Shown: in pieces, positions 21,696 through 32,212 of the stretch
Layout: each line of letters starts with the position of its first letter
How positions within the stretch are numbered: the first letter of the stretch is position 1
From: Desulfatiglandales bacterium
GTDB taxonomy: Bacteria; Desulfobacterota; DSM-4660; Desulfatiglandales; HGW-15
Direction: 5' to 3'
Assembly (NCBI GenBank): GCA_963667015.2
Contig: CAXXJJ010000004.1
Coordinates: forward strand, 2,112,001 to 2,176,000
Length of the DNA stretch: 64,000 nt
Notes under the pieces: generated by a model
The model's database searches: none
What the model was told of the DNA's origin: nothing
The model's input: the letters and a program-made list of their open reading frames with translations, nothing else
Made by a program: the position numbers and the translations under genes

Positions 21696-22991
21696 ATGAA
21701 AGAACAAATATCAAAATTAATTGATGATTTTCATGAACGGGATATTCCTTCAGCAATAACTCGAAATGAAAATTTCAATGATATGAAGGGAAAAGCTGAT
21801 ACTGTTATTGGCATGAGGAGATCCGGCAAGACTTACTTTTGCTATCAAAAAATTCATGAGCTCATCTCTGCCGGCATTTCCAGGGAGAAGATTACTTATA
21901 TTAACTTCGAAGATGATCGGTTGCTTGATTTTAAGGTTAATGACTTTAACACTATTCTTGATGTCTATTTCAGCAAATATCCTGAGCATCGCAACTCCAA
22001 ATGCTATTTTTTCTTCGATGAAATTCAGAGGATAGAACAATGGGAGATGTTTATCAGGCGGTTGCTTGATACCGAAAATGTTCAGATCTATATAACCGGC
22101 TCTTCTTCAAAACTACTCAGCACTGATATTGCCACAAGCCTGCGGGGCCGTTCTCTTACTACTGAAATATTTCCTTTCAGTTTTATTGAGTTTATAAAAT
22201 TCCATGGATTATTTAAAACCCCACCCGATAAATTTGGGACCAGGACTATTTCTACCCTTCGTAAAGCAATCATGGATTACATTGAAACAGGCGGTTTTCC
22301 GGAAGTTCAGACAACGGATAAGAATCTGAGAATTGAAATATTGCAGGGATATATTGATTCTGTATTATTAAAAGATGTTATTGAACGACATAAAGTCAGC
22401 AATGTAACAGCACTTAAACATCTTGTTAAAACTATTATGAGTTCACCGTGTGGTAAATTCAGCATTAACAAATTCTATAATCATCTGAAAAGCATGTCGG
22501 TTAAATGTACGAAAAACAATCTGTATGAATACCTTAATCACCTTATCGATGCTTTTTTATTTTACAGAGTACCAATACACAGTCGATCTGAAAAAGCACG
22601 TTTAATTAATCCGGCAAAGATTTATACCATTGACACAGGCCTGCTCAAGGCCATGTCTTTTCGAAACACATCCGATTATGGGCCGTTACTGGAAAATATA
22701 GTTTTCATGCACCTTCGCCGTAATGGATATGATATTGAATACATAAATACAAAAGATGGATATGAAACTGATTTTTTTGCCAGGCATAAAGTGACGGATA
22801 GAATCGAACTTATTCAGGTTTGCTGGGATAGTTCAAATGTAAAAACCTTCGCCAGAGAGGTCCGTGGGCTTAAAAGCGCAATGGAAGAATTTTCAATAAA
22901 AGCAGGGACAATAGTAACATTGGATGATGAGGAATCTTTGGACGAAAATATTAATGTAATACCGGCCTGGAAATGGCTGCTTAAAAATTGA
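21696..22991 (+). CDS. AAA_14/DUF4143 ATP-binding protein
   Basis: GMRRSGKT, DEIQ, TGSS, GGFPE, KIYTIDTG, ETDF. Confidence 0.88.
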   Translation: MKEQISKLIDDFHERDIPSAITRNENFNDMKGKADTVIGMRRSGKTYFCYQKIHELISAGISREKITYINFEDDRLLDFKVNDFNTILDVYFSKYPEHRNSKCYFFFDEIQRIEQWEMFIRRLLDTENVQIYITGSSSKLLSTDIATSLRGRSLTTEIFPFSFIEFIKFHGLFKTPPDKFGTRTISTLRKAIMDYIETGGFPEVQTTDKNLRIEILQGYIDSVLLKDVIERHKVSNVTALKHLVKTIMSSPCGKFSINKFYNHLKSMSVKCTKNNLYEYLNHLIDAFLFYRVPIHSRSEKARLINPAKIYTIDTGLLKAMSFRNTSDYGPLLENIVFMHLRRNGYDIEYINTKDGYETDFFARHKVTDRIELIQVCWDSSNVKTFAREVRGLKSAMEEFSIKAGTIVTLDDEESLDENINVIPAWKWLLKN

Positions 22992-23019
22992 TAGTCAATC
23001 ATGGAATATTATATATAAA

Positions 23020-23063
23020 AATAATTAAACAGGGTATGGATATTCATACCCTGTTTAATTATT
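23020..23063. terminator. Bidirectional terminator hairpin
   Basis: AATAATTAAACAGGGTATG / CATACCCTGTTTAATTATT perfect inverted repeat between convergent genes. Confidence 0.75.
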
Positions 23064-23090
23064 CAGCCCTGTTATTTACCTCCCCTTCCC

Positions 23091-24323
23091 TTAGCGGACA
23101 ATTGAAATACCTATCCGCAATGCCTGGGTACGCTCTTTATAATTGATCAGGCTCTCAGCCAGCGAATTGCTGTACTGTACATATAGGAACAGATCCAAGT
23201 TGTTCTTCAGCAATTTGGAAATAGGGTAGCTCAGATCGGTCTGGATTGAAGTACCCTGTTTTGCAACCTGCAGATGGGTGGTGCTTACAAACCCGCTCGC
23301 CTTACCGAACTTCACCTCAAAATCCACATTGCCCCTGTAACCATCAAGGTCAGGATTACTGTCTTCACTGTTATTGATATATGCAAGAAGTTTCGGGCTG
23401 ATTTGAAGTCCCAGCTCCGATTTTGCGCCGTAAAAAGTGAAGATCGGCTTAAAGTATAAGGTGTTGGTGCTTCGCGAAAACTCTTCTCCCCTGCCGTTTG
23501 ACTCATGCCTGAAACCGCCCTGGAAAAATAGCCCCTTCAGCCATCCCGGACGAGTTACCCAGTTTCGGGTCAGGTAAAACATTTCGGGTTTGTAGCTTGT
23601 ATCCTCAAATGGGGCGGAGTCGGAAGCAAGATCCCAGAATGATGTCTGGGTGAATGCGAAATTAAATCCGCTTAATGCCGGAAACCGCTGGGACAGGGAG
23701 CCTGCCGGGTTGAAGAGACGGTATCTGAAACTGATCTGAAACTTGCTTTCAGATAAATCTGTGCCGGCCAGAAAATACAGCGGTTCATAAACAGAAAAAT
23801 TTACCACATATGGCTGATAGAGCGAATGCAGGCTTTCAAGAGAAGGGTAATCATCATTACCGTCCGCTGCGGGTCCGGCCAGCAATCTTTTGGAGGCAGG
23901 TTCTTCATCAAGAATGTTGATCAGCACCTCTGTTTCCGGGGAATCAACCAGAGAGATATCTATAGTTCCATGGTAATGAAGGGGAAGAACAATATTATAC
24001 TCCCTGGTTATAAACTCTCCTGCCCGCAATACAACATCCTGCGAAATACCGGTCTCAACTGCGGTCACCAGTATTGAGGTCCCGTCAGCGGCCTGAAAAC
24101 GCAGCGGCAAACTTTCCGGAAAAGTGAACTCAACCGTCTCCTGACTTTCGTTATAAAAATAGGCCTTTAATAGAACACGCTCCCCGGCCTTAATATTAAG
24201 CTCAGGGAAATGCAGCATAGTGGTCACACCATCAGCAGCGCTGCTGCTGGCGGCACAAAACAGCATTATAAGTGTCAATAGCATTGTAGAAATAATCCGC
24301 AGGGGAAAAACATCACATCTCAT
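23091..24323 (-). CDS. Outer membrane phospholipase A with N-terminal extra domain
   Basis: KFQISF, SAPFEDTSYKPE, HESNG catalytic motif, SRS; start uncertain. Confidence 0.85.
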   Translation of the reverse strand: MRCDVFPLRIISTMLLTLIMLFCAASSSAADGVTTMLHFPELNIKAGERVLLKAYFYNESQETVEFTFPESLPLRFQAADGTSILVTAVETGISQDVVLRAGEFITREYNIVLPLHYHGTIDISLVDSPETEVLINILDEEPASKRLLAGPAADGNDDYPSLESLHSLYQPYVVNFSVYEPLYFLAGTDLSESKFQISFRYRLFNPAGSLSQRFPALSGFNFAFTQTSFWDLASDSAPFEDTSYKPEMFYLTRNWVTRPGWLKGLFFQGGFRHESNGRGEEFSRSTNTLYFKPIFTFYGAKSELGLQISPKLLAYINNSEDSNPDLDGYRGNVDFEVKFGKASGFVSTTHLQVAKQGTSIQTDLSYPISKLLKNNLDLFLYVQYSNSLAESLINYKERTQALRIGISIVR

Positions 24324-24954
24324 AATCAACCTCTTGTAAAAATCCATAAAGAATCTGAAGTGTTCTCGTTCTAATTTGTTAAATTTCATCAACAGAAAAC
24401 CATTCATTACGGGCTCTAAGCAGACTGTCTGGTGAAAAAGATCATAATATTACCTTAATTAACATGAGTTTTACATACATAAAAACCCTACTTTAACCGG
24501 TATCTCGTTGTTTAAAACCCGAACCGGAAAGCAAGTTTTCTTTCTGATATTTGTTTACTGATAGCAGAAAAACCCCTCCTCTCTTTTCCCGTTCATTGTT
24601 TATTGTTAATTGCTCAATGTGTATTGACATCATTTTCCATATTATCAATAATGCCCCTGTCTCACCAAAGGCTTTACCTTTATATTATTGTCTTACATAT
24701 AATTTTTTCACTGTGATAGTTAATAAGGTATTATTGGACCTTTTTAACGTTTGGCCGTTGTTTTAGCTTTGCAAAATGCTTGAGATATCCAATGCACAAA
24801 AAAATGTGCAGGCAGTCTGAAAAATCAAATCAGGCGGCACAATAATCAATTTATTCATATGTTTAATTTGTATTATTTGGACATATTTAGTTAATTATTC
24901 GATGTTAGCACGATTCGTGTTTTACCCTATTAGACCCGAATCGGGCTAATACCT

Positions 24955-24961
24955 GTTATGA
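24955..24961 (+). mobile_element. Integron core site (GTTATGA) at start of cassette 1
   Basis: Exact complement of the TCATAAC R'' box at 25302 that ends the same cassette. Confidence 0.6.
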
Positions 24962-24975
24962 AAGGAGAATAGATC

Positions 24976-25263
24976 ATGTTTGGCATTAGCATACCAGAGC
25001 TTATCCTTTCTTTTTTAATAATTTGGGGAATACCTGGGACGATTGGGGCATTAATTGCGAAAAATAAAGGACGAGATGCCGTAGGCTGGTTCATTTTGAG
25101 TGCTTTCTTTTGGTTGCCTATATTCATAGTTATTTTATTACCTCCTGCGAAAGAAGTACCCGGTAAATTAAGAGAATGTCCATCATGCAAGGAGTTCGTA
25201 AAATGGAATGCTATAATATGCAAACATTGCAAATCAGAATTAACACCAAAAGCAAATGTATAG
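24976..25263 (+). CDS. Small membrane protein with zinc ribbon (integron cassette 1)
   Basis: 2 TM segments, CPSC and CKHC; AAGGAG RBS. Confidence 0.8.
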   Translation: MFGISIPELILSFLIIWGIPGTIGALIAKNKGRDAVGWFILSAFFWLPIFIVILLPPAKEVPGKLRECPSCKEFVKWNAIICKHCKSELTPKANV

Positions 25264-25301
25264 CGTCGTGAGATTAAGCATTTAATAATTACCCAGATTT
25301 T

Positions 25302-25427
25302 TCATAACCAGGCAGTCAAGGCGACTGGCTACTATCTTGCCGGGCCGTACTCATAGCCTTCATGGACTATGTTCTTGTGCCAGCATTGTTGCCACAAATA
25401 CGCCAGCTCCTTACCGCCACGTTGGGT
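25302..25427 (+). mobile_element. attC site
   Basis: R'' TCATAAC, arms GGCAGTCAAGGCGACTGGC / GCCAGCTCCTTACCGCC with extrahelical bases, R' GTTGGGT. Confidence 0.8.
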
Positions 25428-25437
25428 TTCTCGAAAA

Positions 25438-26379
25438 ATGAAAAAAGGACGATCTCTTGAAAAATTAGTTGCGTACCTTGAACGTTCTCTCTCCAGTAAC
25501 GATTCTGTTACTGTAGAGTCACCAAAACGTCTTCGAGATAAATCAACTGGTTATGGTAAAGTCTGGCAGGGATTTAAATGACAACTGCGATGGCCCGCAG
25601 GTGTTCCACGTTTGCGTGAACACGATGTTGTCTTAACAGTTATATCTGGACATCACACCTTTTTTATCGCGGTTGAACGTCGGGATAGAAATCGCCCTGT
25701 AGGGGTAACGCAACTAGAGGCTTTTACAAAAAAATGTCAAGAGACAGGAGTTGGCCAAGGGGTTATTGTATCACCTACCGGTTTCGCAAAAACTGCCCTA
25801 GTAAAAGCAAAAGCGCTAGGGATTCGCTGCCTCACTCTTGAGCAAGTCAATGTCTTACCATGGTTGCTATGCGAATATTTTGAATTATATAAAACTCAAT
25901 ACCTTCAATTTCATTTTGATGTAATTCCAGAAAACGATTTTGAGCAGAAACCTGTAAATTTTATCCTTGAAACAGACGAAGGTGAAAACATCACGGTAGA
26001 TATGTTAAGAAATAACTTGATTCAAGCTTTTAATAAAGAAAAACCAGAAGAATCTACAAAACCAAAGTTGGGAACATATACTCATCATGTAAATATTATT
26101 CCCCAAAATCTTTCCATTATTGATAGCGCTACTGGTCGGAAGGAGAGAGTCAAACAAATAAATACAACCTATAAATGTAAAACTGAATTAAAACAAATTC
26201 CTCTTGTACTACAGGAGTATAGAGATGTTGGAGACCCTGAGTCTATAGCTCAAATTGCATCAGTAGATCTTGACCTTGGATTTACAAGCGGAAAATTCTT
26301 AATTAACCAAAAACTTGAAACAGGGGGTGAAATAGTTTTTATCCCAAATGATAAAAAGAAACCCAACAAGCCCAATTAA
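25438..26379 (+). pseudogene. Restriction endonuclease-like (Mrr_cat/PD-(D/E)xK) cassette gene interrupted by 57-bp in-frame insertion with TGA
   Basis: MKKGRSLEKLVA...RLRDKSTG|insert|RLREHDV...AVE...SPTGF; both ORF pieces in the same frame. Confidence 0.7.
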
Positions 26380-26428
26380 CACGGATCTGGCGAAAAACTT
26401 GCCAGCCCGGTTATTGGCAACGTTGGAT
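26361..26428 (+). mobile_element. attC site
   Basis: R'' ACCCAAC (complement of GTTGGGT at 25421), arms CCAATTAACACGG..CTGGC / GCCAGCCCGGTTATTGG, R' GTTGGAT. Confidence 0.85.
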
Positions 26429-26740
26429 GGACGCCTTCGTGGTATAGAATAGTATCTACTTAAATAAGTCGAACAAAGAGAATTGAACAGCAGTTAACTC
26501 AAAAATCGGTTATATGCCTGGGCTATTTAAAGGGATTGGAAATAAAGATATCGTTGACAAATTATATGTACAGGTTATTAAAAAAAATAGTCCCGCTCCA
26601 GTGAATCTATTCAGATTTGTAGGTGATCCGGGATATGATAATAATGTTGGGGAAAAATTATTTGATATAGAAGGAATGCAATATGAGAAAGCATAAGTTA
26701 CGCAGAGCTGGTTTCAAATACAACCGGAGCTATTTAATAA

Positions 26741-27223
26741 ATGAAATACGATATTGTTAGAATTCAACCTGAGCACGATGATGCTGTCTGCCGGATTATA
26801 AAAAAGGTTGGAAAAGAATTTGGGGCAATTGGTGATGGTTTTGGCCCTTCGGATGAAGAAGTACTCTCGATGAGTAAATATTATAATGAGGATAACAAAA
26901 GCGTCTATTTAGTTGCCATTATAGAGGGAAGCGTCGCTGGCGGTTGCGGGATTGCGCCATTTAACAACAGTCTCGATGTGTGTGAATTACGCAAACTGTT
27001 TTTACTTCCGGAAAACCGCGGGTCTGGTATTGGAAAAGATTTGACACTAAAGTGTTTGAGCTTTGCCCGGTCAAATGGATTCACACAATGCTACCTGGAC
27101 ACGCTGTCAAATATGAAGGCAGCAATAGCATTGTATGAAAACCTTGGTTTTAGACACCTGGATGAACCACTTGGCGGGACAATACATGGCGGCTGTAATG
27201 TGTGGATGTTAAAAAAACTGTAG
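26741..27223 (+). CDS. GNAT family N-acetyltransferase
   Basis: CELRKLFLLPENRGSGIG, YLDT, ALYENLGF. Confidence 0.9.
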   Translation: MKYDIVRIQPEHDDAVCRIIKKVGKEFGAIGDGFGPSDEEVLSMSKYYNEDNKSVYLVAIIEGSVAGGCGIAPFNNSLDVCELRKLFLLPENRGSGIGKDLTLKCLSFARSNGFTQCYLDTLSNMKAAIALYENLGFRHLDEPLGGTIHGGCNVWMLKKL

Positions 27224-27241
27224 AATTAAATAAAATATACT

Positions 27242-27394
27242 GTGCCCGAACACCAATACTTTTTAGAAACAAATCGGTTGCTCTTTAGAACGTGGACCAG
27301 AGAGGACTTAAATTTAGCTCTTGGTCTATGGGGGGATATCGAGGTAACCAGACTGTTCGACAACAGAGGGCAATTGAACGAAGAACAGGTTTGA
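27242..27394 (+). pseudogene. N-terminal fragment of RimJ/RimL-type GNAT acetyltransferase
   Basis: Manual translation YFLETNRLLFRTWTREDL...LWGDIEVTR then stop after 50 codons. Confidence 0.6.
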
Positions 27395-27457
27395 TGCATC
27401 CATCATATAAATTGAGTGAGGTATAATAAAAACCTCTTACCAATAGGGAGAAGACCA

Positions 27458-28465
27458 ATGCTGGAGAATAATATTGTCCTTATAATTACAATCCTTGCAA
27501 GCGTCATATCACTTTTGGCCTCCATGTATGACAAAATTGCAAAAAAAAAGAACCTGAGATTGATTCTCGTCTCAATGTTTGTATTATTTTTTCTGGCAAC
27601 CGCAAAACTGGTCATTGACGATATCCAGAAAAAGAACAGTGCCGCACTTAAAAAAGAAATTGAAACAAGAAGAGATATGGTCGCAGAGGAGATCCGGAGC
27701 AATGTACAGGCTGGTCTTGAAGTAAGTCTTGAGGGATTAAACATCTCCAGAAAAGCAGTTAACCTTCTTGAGGAACTGAAACCTCAATTATCCGGAAAAT
27801 CAATAGACACCATCGGGGTAAAACTCACCGGAATCGGTACAGAAGAGATACATATCTTTCAGAAGGGAAATGCCAGGCAGTTGAGACCCTTTGTCAGCGG
27901 GATAGCAAACCTCCTTAATGAAGACTCGGGCACCCTGCCCGCCATCTCCCTGACCCTCAATGCAGAAAGGCACTACATCCCCGGCATGATCATGGCCTAT
28001 ACACTGGCTACAGGCACAAATGTGAATAAAATCTTTGAAGCGCTGGATAGCGGATCCGAAAAATGGAAAACCTTTCCTTCGGATGCGTTTATCAGGGATT
28101 ATGGTCCGGTTGAGCCGCTTGTAAAATATGTTATTTTCTATAGCGGTGATGAAAATGAACTGCTCGGATTTGCCGAGGCATCCATGTTTATTAAAGAGAT
28201 GCTTCTGTACAATCAGATGGGGATGTATCCAAAGATTGAGGAGATCCTGAACACGCCGGGTATGGCAACCAGGGAAACCCTTGGCATATATTTCAATTCA
28301 TTCAAACCGGATGTCCTGACAGCAGATGATGCCTATGCCGCGGCTAAGGGTATGATAGAAAAGAATATCAACGAGTCAATCGCTGAGTATGGCGATCATT
28401 TCTGGCTTATTAATCTTTCAAGGGTGGTCGAACTGGTTTCGGCAAATGAGGGGGTTGAGTCATAA
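27458..28465 (+). CDS. Hypothetical membrane-anchored protein
   Basis: Long ORF, two N-terminal TM segments, AGGGAG RBS. Confidence 0.7.
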   Translation: MLENNIVLIITILASVISLLASMYDKIAKKKNLRLILVSMFVLFFLATAKLVIDDIQKKNSAALKKEIETRRDMVAEEIRSNVQAGLEVSLEGLNISRKAVNLLEELKPQLSGKSIDTIGVKLTGIGTEEIHIFQKGNARQLRPFVSGIANLLNEDSGTLPAISLTLNAERHYIPGMIMAYTLATGTNVNKIFEALDSGSEKWKTFPSDAFIRDYGPVEPLVKYVIFYSGDENELLGFAEASMFIKEMLLYNQMGMYPKIEEILNTPGMATRETLGIYFNSFKPDVLTADDAYAAAKGMIEKNINESIAEYGDHFWLINLSRVVELVSANEGVES

Positions 28466-28519
28466 CAGCTTCTGTCTTAAACCTTTGCCTGAGGAAACCT
28501 AATATCATGGAGCAGGCTT

Positions 28520-29134
28520 ATGTCTTTAGATCATGAAAAACCTTTGGAGACATGCGAATCAGAATCCTGTGATGATTGCGCAATCCATGACAGGGTCCAT
28601 TGTCATTTCAGCTTAAAGGACTGGCTGTACTTTCTGCTCATTTCATTTCCTTCTTTTATACTTGGCAGTGTCGGTATCTATCACCTGAACGGCTGGCTGA
28701 TGATACCCTGGATAGTAATTATAATTACCTTTTTCGGGTTCATAGAGATCCGTGTCATGTGTTCCCACTGCCCCCACTATGCCGAACCTTTTACATCACT
28801 TAAATGCCGGGCAAATTACGGCTCTCCCAAACTGTGGAAATACAGGCCCGGCCCCATGACAGCGGGTGAAAAGGCTATCTTTTTTATCGGTTTTGTTGTT
28901 GTCTGGGGATACCCTGCACCGATACTGTTCTTCGGGGAACAATTTTTACTGTTACTCCTTTATTTCGCAGTAACAATAGGTTTTTTTATAATCCTCATTG
29001 TTTTCATGTGCTCGCAATGTATGAATTTTGCCTGTCCTCTTAATCGTGTTGATAAAAAAACGCGGGGTCAGTTTTTCGATAAAAATCCTGCTGTTGCAGA
29101 GGCATGGAAAAAACATGAAAAAGGAGACGAATAA
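28520..29134 (+). CDS. Hypothetical Cys-rich membrane protein
   Basis: 4 TM segments; CDDC, CSHCPHY, CSQCMNFACP. Confidence 0.75.
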   Translation: MSLDHEKPLETCESESCDDCAIHDRVHCHFSLKDWLYFLLISFPSFILGSVGIYHLNGWLMIPWIVIIITFFGFIEIRVMCSHCPHYAEPFTSLKCRANYGSPKLWKYRPGPMTAGEKAIFFIGFVVVWGYPAPILFFGEQFLLLLLYFAVTIGFFIILIVFMCSQCMNFACPLNRVDKKTRGQFFDKNPAVAEAWKKHEKGDE

Positions 29135-29554
29135 ATGAAACAAAACAGTCTCAGGCCTTTAGCAGTCACATTTGCTGCAGGTGGAATCTGGGATACGATA
29201 GCCGGAATTTTGTATCTATTTATGATCGGTACAGGTCGAGCTATCGATGAACCTCACACCCATTCATTTTACAGCGTATTCCTTGCCTCCTTCTTTTTCT
29301 GTTTTGCTTACCTGCAATTTCTGTCAGCCGTTAATATTCGAAGATATATTTTTAATGTCGGCTGCCTGATTATCGGCAGGATCTTCTATGTTATTCAGCT
29401 TTATGCCTATATGTTATTTTATAAAGATTTTCCTTCTGCATTCTGGTTTACAGGAATTGTGGATGCGGCCTTAACCCTGCTGTACATTGTATTCACCCTT
29501 CGTGGCGGACTGAAGATTAAGGATTTATTTTTACCGGTCAGGGAAAAGGTATAA
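29135..29554 (+). CDS. Hypothetical membrane protein
   Basis: 4 hydrophobic segments; abuts the previous gene. Confidence 0.7.
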   Translation: MKQNSLRPLAVTFAAGGIWDTIAGILYLFMIGTGRAIDEPHTHSFYSVFLASFFFCFAYLQFLSAVNIRRYIFNVGCLIIGRIFYVIQLYAYMLFYKDFPSAFWFTGIVDAALTLLYIVFTLRGGLKIKDLFLPVREKV

Positions 29555-29718
29555 AAATATTTTATGACTTTTATTTTTATTTAAAATAATCTATTATTAT
29601 TCGTAATTTTCATAAAAAATGATTCCCGTTTTATAATCAGCTTTACCCCTGTAAGTTATCTTTTTCATCCATAAATATCACATATAAGCTTTTCAAACTT
29701 AAACAACAGGAGAATTCC

Positions 29719-32016
29719 ATGTCAAATGCCCGGATGGAAACCGCTTCCCAGAAAGAGATGCTGGCATACTACAAATCCCTTAATGACATTGCAAACCAGA
29801 TCCACTCCGCAAAGGACATGGATGAGATTTTTCTGGAACTTAATGAGGAGATCCTTAGCCTGTTTAATGCAGAAAGAATAAGCATCTATGTGATTGACGG
29901 GAACAGAAAAGAACTCTATCAGCGCCTGAAGGCCGGAGGTCCTGTACCTAAAGAAATACGCCTACCCATTAATAACGAAAGCATCGCCGGATATACTGCC
30001 TTTAATGCGCAGGTAACAAACATTGTAAATGCCTATGATGAAGATGAACTTGCTATGATCAACAGAAGGTTATCTTTTGATAAAAGCTGGGATGATAAAA
30101 ATAACTTTGTTACAAAACAGGTTTTATCCGTACCCATATTCTTTACAAACAAAATTATTGGTGTGTTTCAGCTTATAAATAAAAATAGCGGTAAAAGATT
30201 TTCTCTTGAAGACCAGAGGTCTGCCGTTGAAATGGCAAAAATCCTTGGAGTAGCATTTTATAACCAGCTAAAAATTTCAAAAGAATCTAAAAAAAAGAAT
30301 CGTTTTGATTATCTTTTAAGCAACAGCCTTATCACACAAAAGGAACTGGAGCAGGCTGTCAGGCGTGCAAGGGAACAGAAACTGGCTATTGAAACGGTTT
30401 TTATTAATGATTTCAAGGTTAAGAAAAACGATGTTGGTAAATCCCTTGGTGAATTTTTCAATTGCGAGTATGTCCCCTATGACAGTAATTTTACGATCCC
30501 CGGCGATGTTCTTTCCCAGCTCAAACATGTATACCTTAAAAGAAACCTGTGGGTGCCTCTTGCAAGAGAAAACGGCAATGTAAAAATCCTTATAGACAAT
30601 CCCCAGCGACTGGACAAAATAGACAGCATCAAGGCATTAATCCCTGCGGAAAAATATGAGTTTGCCGTAGGACTGAAGGAAGACATACTCCAGTTTCTTG
30701 ACTATTTTTACGGCGCACCACAGGAAGAGGATAACTGGTCAATACAGGATATTATGGCAAAACTTGGTGTTAGTGACGATGATGAGGAAGATGATTCCTA
30801 TGAACTAATGACCGAGAATGACAGTACCATAGTCCAGCTCGTTAACAAGATAATAGTGGACGGTTACAGGAAAAACACATCCGACATACATATCGAACCA
30901 TACCCGGGAAAGTCAGGCGCTGAAATCCGTTTCAGGATAGACGGCGCGTGCACGAATTACCAGACCATTCCCTATCACTATAAAAAGGCGGTTGTTTCGA
31001 GAATCAAGATCATGTCCGATCTGGATATAGCTGAAAGAAGAAAACCGCAGGACGGCAAGATCAAATTCAAAAAATTTGCACCCATTGATATCGAACTGAG
31101 GGTTGCGACCATACCCACGGTAGGTGGAGAGGAAGATGTGGTAATGCGTATACTGAGCGCTGGAGAACCAATACCGCTTGATGCCATGGGCCTGAGTAAA
31201 AGAAACTATAATTTATTTACTCACCTTATTTCACAACCATATGGAATTGTACTGGTGGTAGGCCCGACCGGCAGCGGGAAGACAACAACGCTCCATGCAG
31301 CACTTAACCATATCAACAAACCTGAGACAAAGATATGGACAGCTGAAGATCCTGTTGAAATAACACAGAAAGGGTTAAGGCAGGTGCAGGTTCTCCCTAA
31401 GATAGGTTTTGATTTTGCCGCGGCAATGCGTTCGTTCCTGCGGGCCGACCCGGACGTGATCATGGTCGGCGAGATGAGAGATTATGAAACCGTGTCAACC
31501 GGGATCGAGGCATCGCTTACCGGTCACCTGGTATTCAGCACACTGCATACCAACAGCGCTTCGGAAACTATTACAAGGCTACTGGATATGGGTATGGATC
31601 CCTTCAATTTTGCAGATGCCCTTTTAGGCGTACTTGCACAGAGACTTGTAAGAACATTGTGTAAAGATTGTAAAGCCCCCTATCATCCTGATGAAAAGGA
31701 GTATGACGAACTTGCACGGGCCTATGCTGGTAATTTTGCATTCCTTGGATTTCCATATAGTGATGATCTCAAACTCTACCGTGCAGGCGGCTGCGATAGA
31801 TGCAATAATACGGGCTACCGGGGAAGGACAGGCATTGTTGAACTTCTGCATGGAACGGACGAAATGCAGGCGCTCATTCAGGGAAGGGCAAAGATGGAGG
31901 ATTTAAGAGAACAGGCGATAAAGGACGGCATGACAACCCTGCTGCAGGATGGTATAAGGAAGGTCTTTCTTGGCCTGACTGATATCAGGCAGGTTCGGAA
32001 GGTGTGTATGAAATAA
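29719..32016 (+). CDS. GAF domain-containing GspE/PulE/PilB family ATPase
   Basis: N-terminal GAF; SDIHIEP, GPTGSGKTTT, EDPVE, RADPD, GHLVFSTLH, two CxxC. Confidence 0.9.
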   Translation: MSNARMETASQKEMLAYYKSLNDIANQIHSAKDMDEIFLELNEEILSLFNAERISIYVIDGNRKELYQRLKAGGPVPKEIRLPINNESIAGYTAFNAQVTNIVNAYDEDELAMINRRLSFDKSWDDKNNFVTKQVLSVPIFFTNKIIGVFQLINKNSGKRFSLEDQRSAVEMAKILGVAFYNQLKISKESKKKNRFDYLLSNSLITQKELEQAVRRAREQKLAIETVFINDFKVKKNDVGKSLGEFFNCEYVPYDSNFTIPGDVLSQLKHVYLKRNLWVPLARENGNVKILIDNPQRLDKIDSIKALIPAEKYEFAVGLKEDILQFLDYFYGAPQEEDNWSIQDIMAKLGVSDDDEEDDSYELMTENDSTIVQLVNKIIVDGYRKNTSDIHIEPYPGKSGAEIRFRIDGACTNYQTIPYHYKKAVVSRIKIMSDLDIAERRKPQDGKIKFKKFAPIDIELRVATIPTVGGEEDVVMRILSAGEPIPLDAMGLSKRNYNLFTHLISQPYGIVLVVGPTGSGKTTTLHAALNHINKPETKIWTAEDPVEITQKGLRQVQVLPKIGFDFAAAMRSFLRADPDVIMVGEMRDYETVSTGIEASLTGHLVFSTLHTNSASETITRLLDMGMDPFNFADALLGVLAQRLVRTLCKDCKAPYHPDEKEYDELARAYAGNFAFLGFPYSDDLKLYRAGGCDRCNNTGYRGRTGIVELLHGTDEMQALIQGRAKMEDLREQAIKDGMTTLLQDGIRKVFLGLTDIRQVRKVCMK

Positions 32017-32095
32017 AGGCACAGGGCTCAGGGCACAGGGAAGAAAAAGATAAAATCTGGTTAGGGTATGGGGCTACGGTTTAAGGTAAAGGCAG
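32016..32095 (+). repeat. One-sided degenerate heptamer repeats
   Basis: AGGCACA-GGGCTCA-GGGCACA; GGGTATG-GGGCTAC-GGTTTAA-GGTAAAG. Confidence 0.5.
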
Positions 32096-32212
32096 AAGCA
32101 TCTTGATTCTCCGGTTTTGATTAATTGATGATAAAATATTACGAGTTGACAACAGCACCCTACAAATTATATCGCATATACGATAAAAATTAATATATTC
32201 AGCAATTTTAAA

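Noticed and set aside
24420..24950. Integron integrase or a definite attI
   Set aside because: No tyrosine-recombinase ORF; the hairpin before GTTATGA does not clearly fit attI or attC.
25579..25581. TGA as a second selenocysteine codon
   Set aside because: It lies within an apparent insertion, not at a Cys-equivalent position, and the hairpin starts only about 4 nt downstream.
26468..26696. Third attC site and 60-aa cassette ORF
   Set aside because: Only a weak AAC...GTT resemblance without paired arms; the ORF has no recognisable features.
29719..32016. Type II secretion / type IV pilus gene cluster
   Set aside because: Only a lone GAF-GspE ATPase; no pilin, secretin or platform genes nearby.
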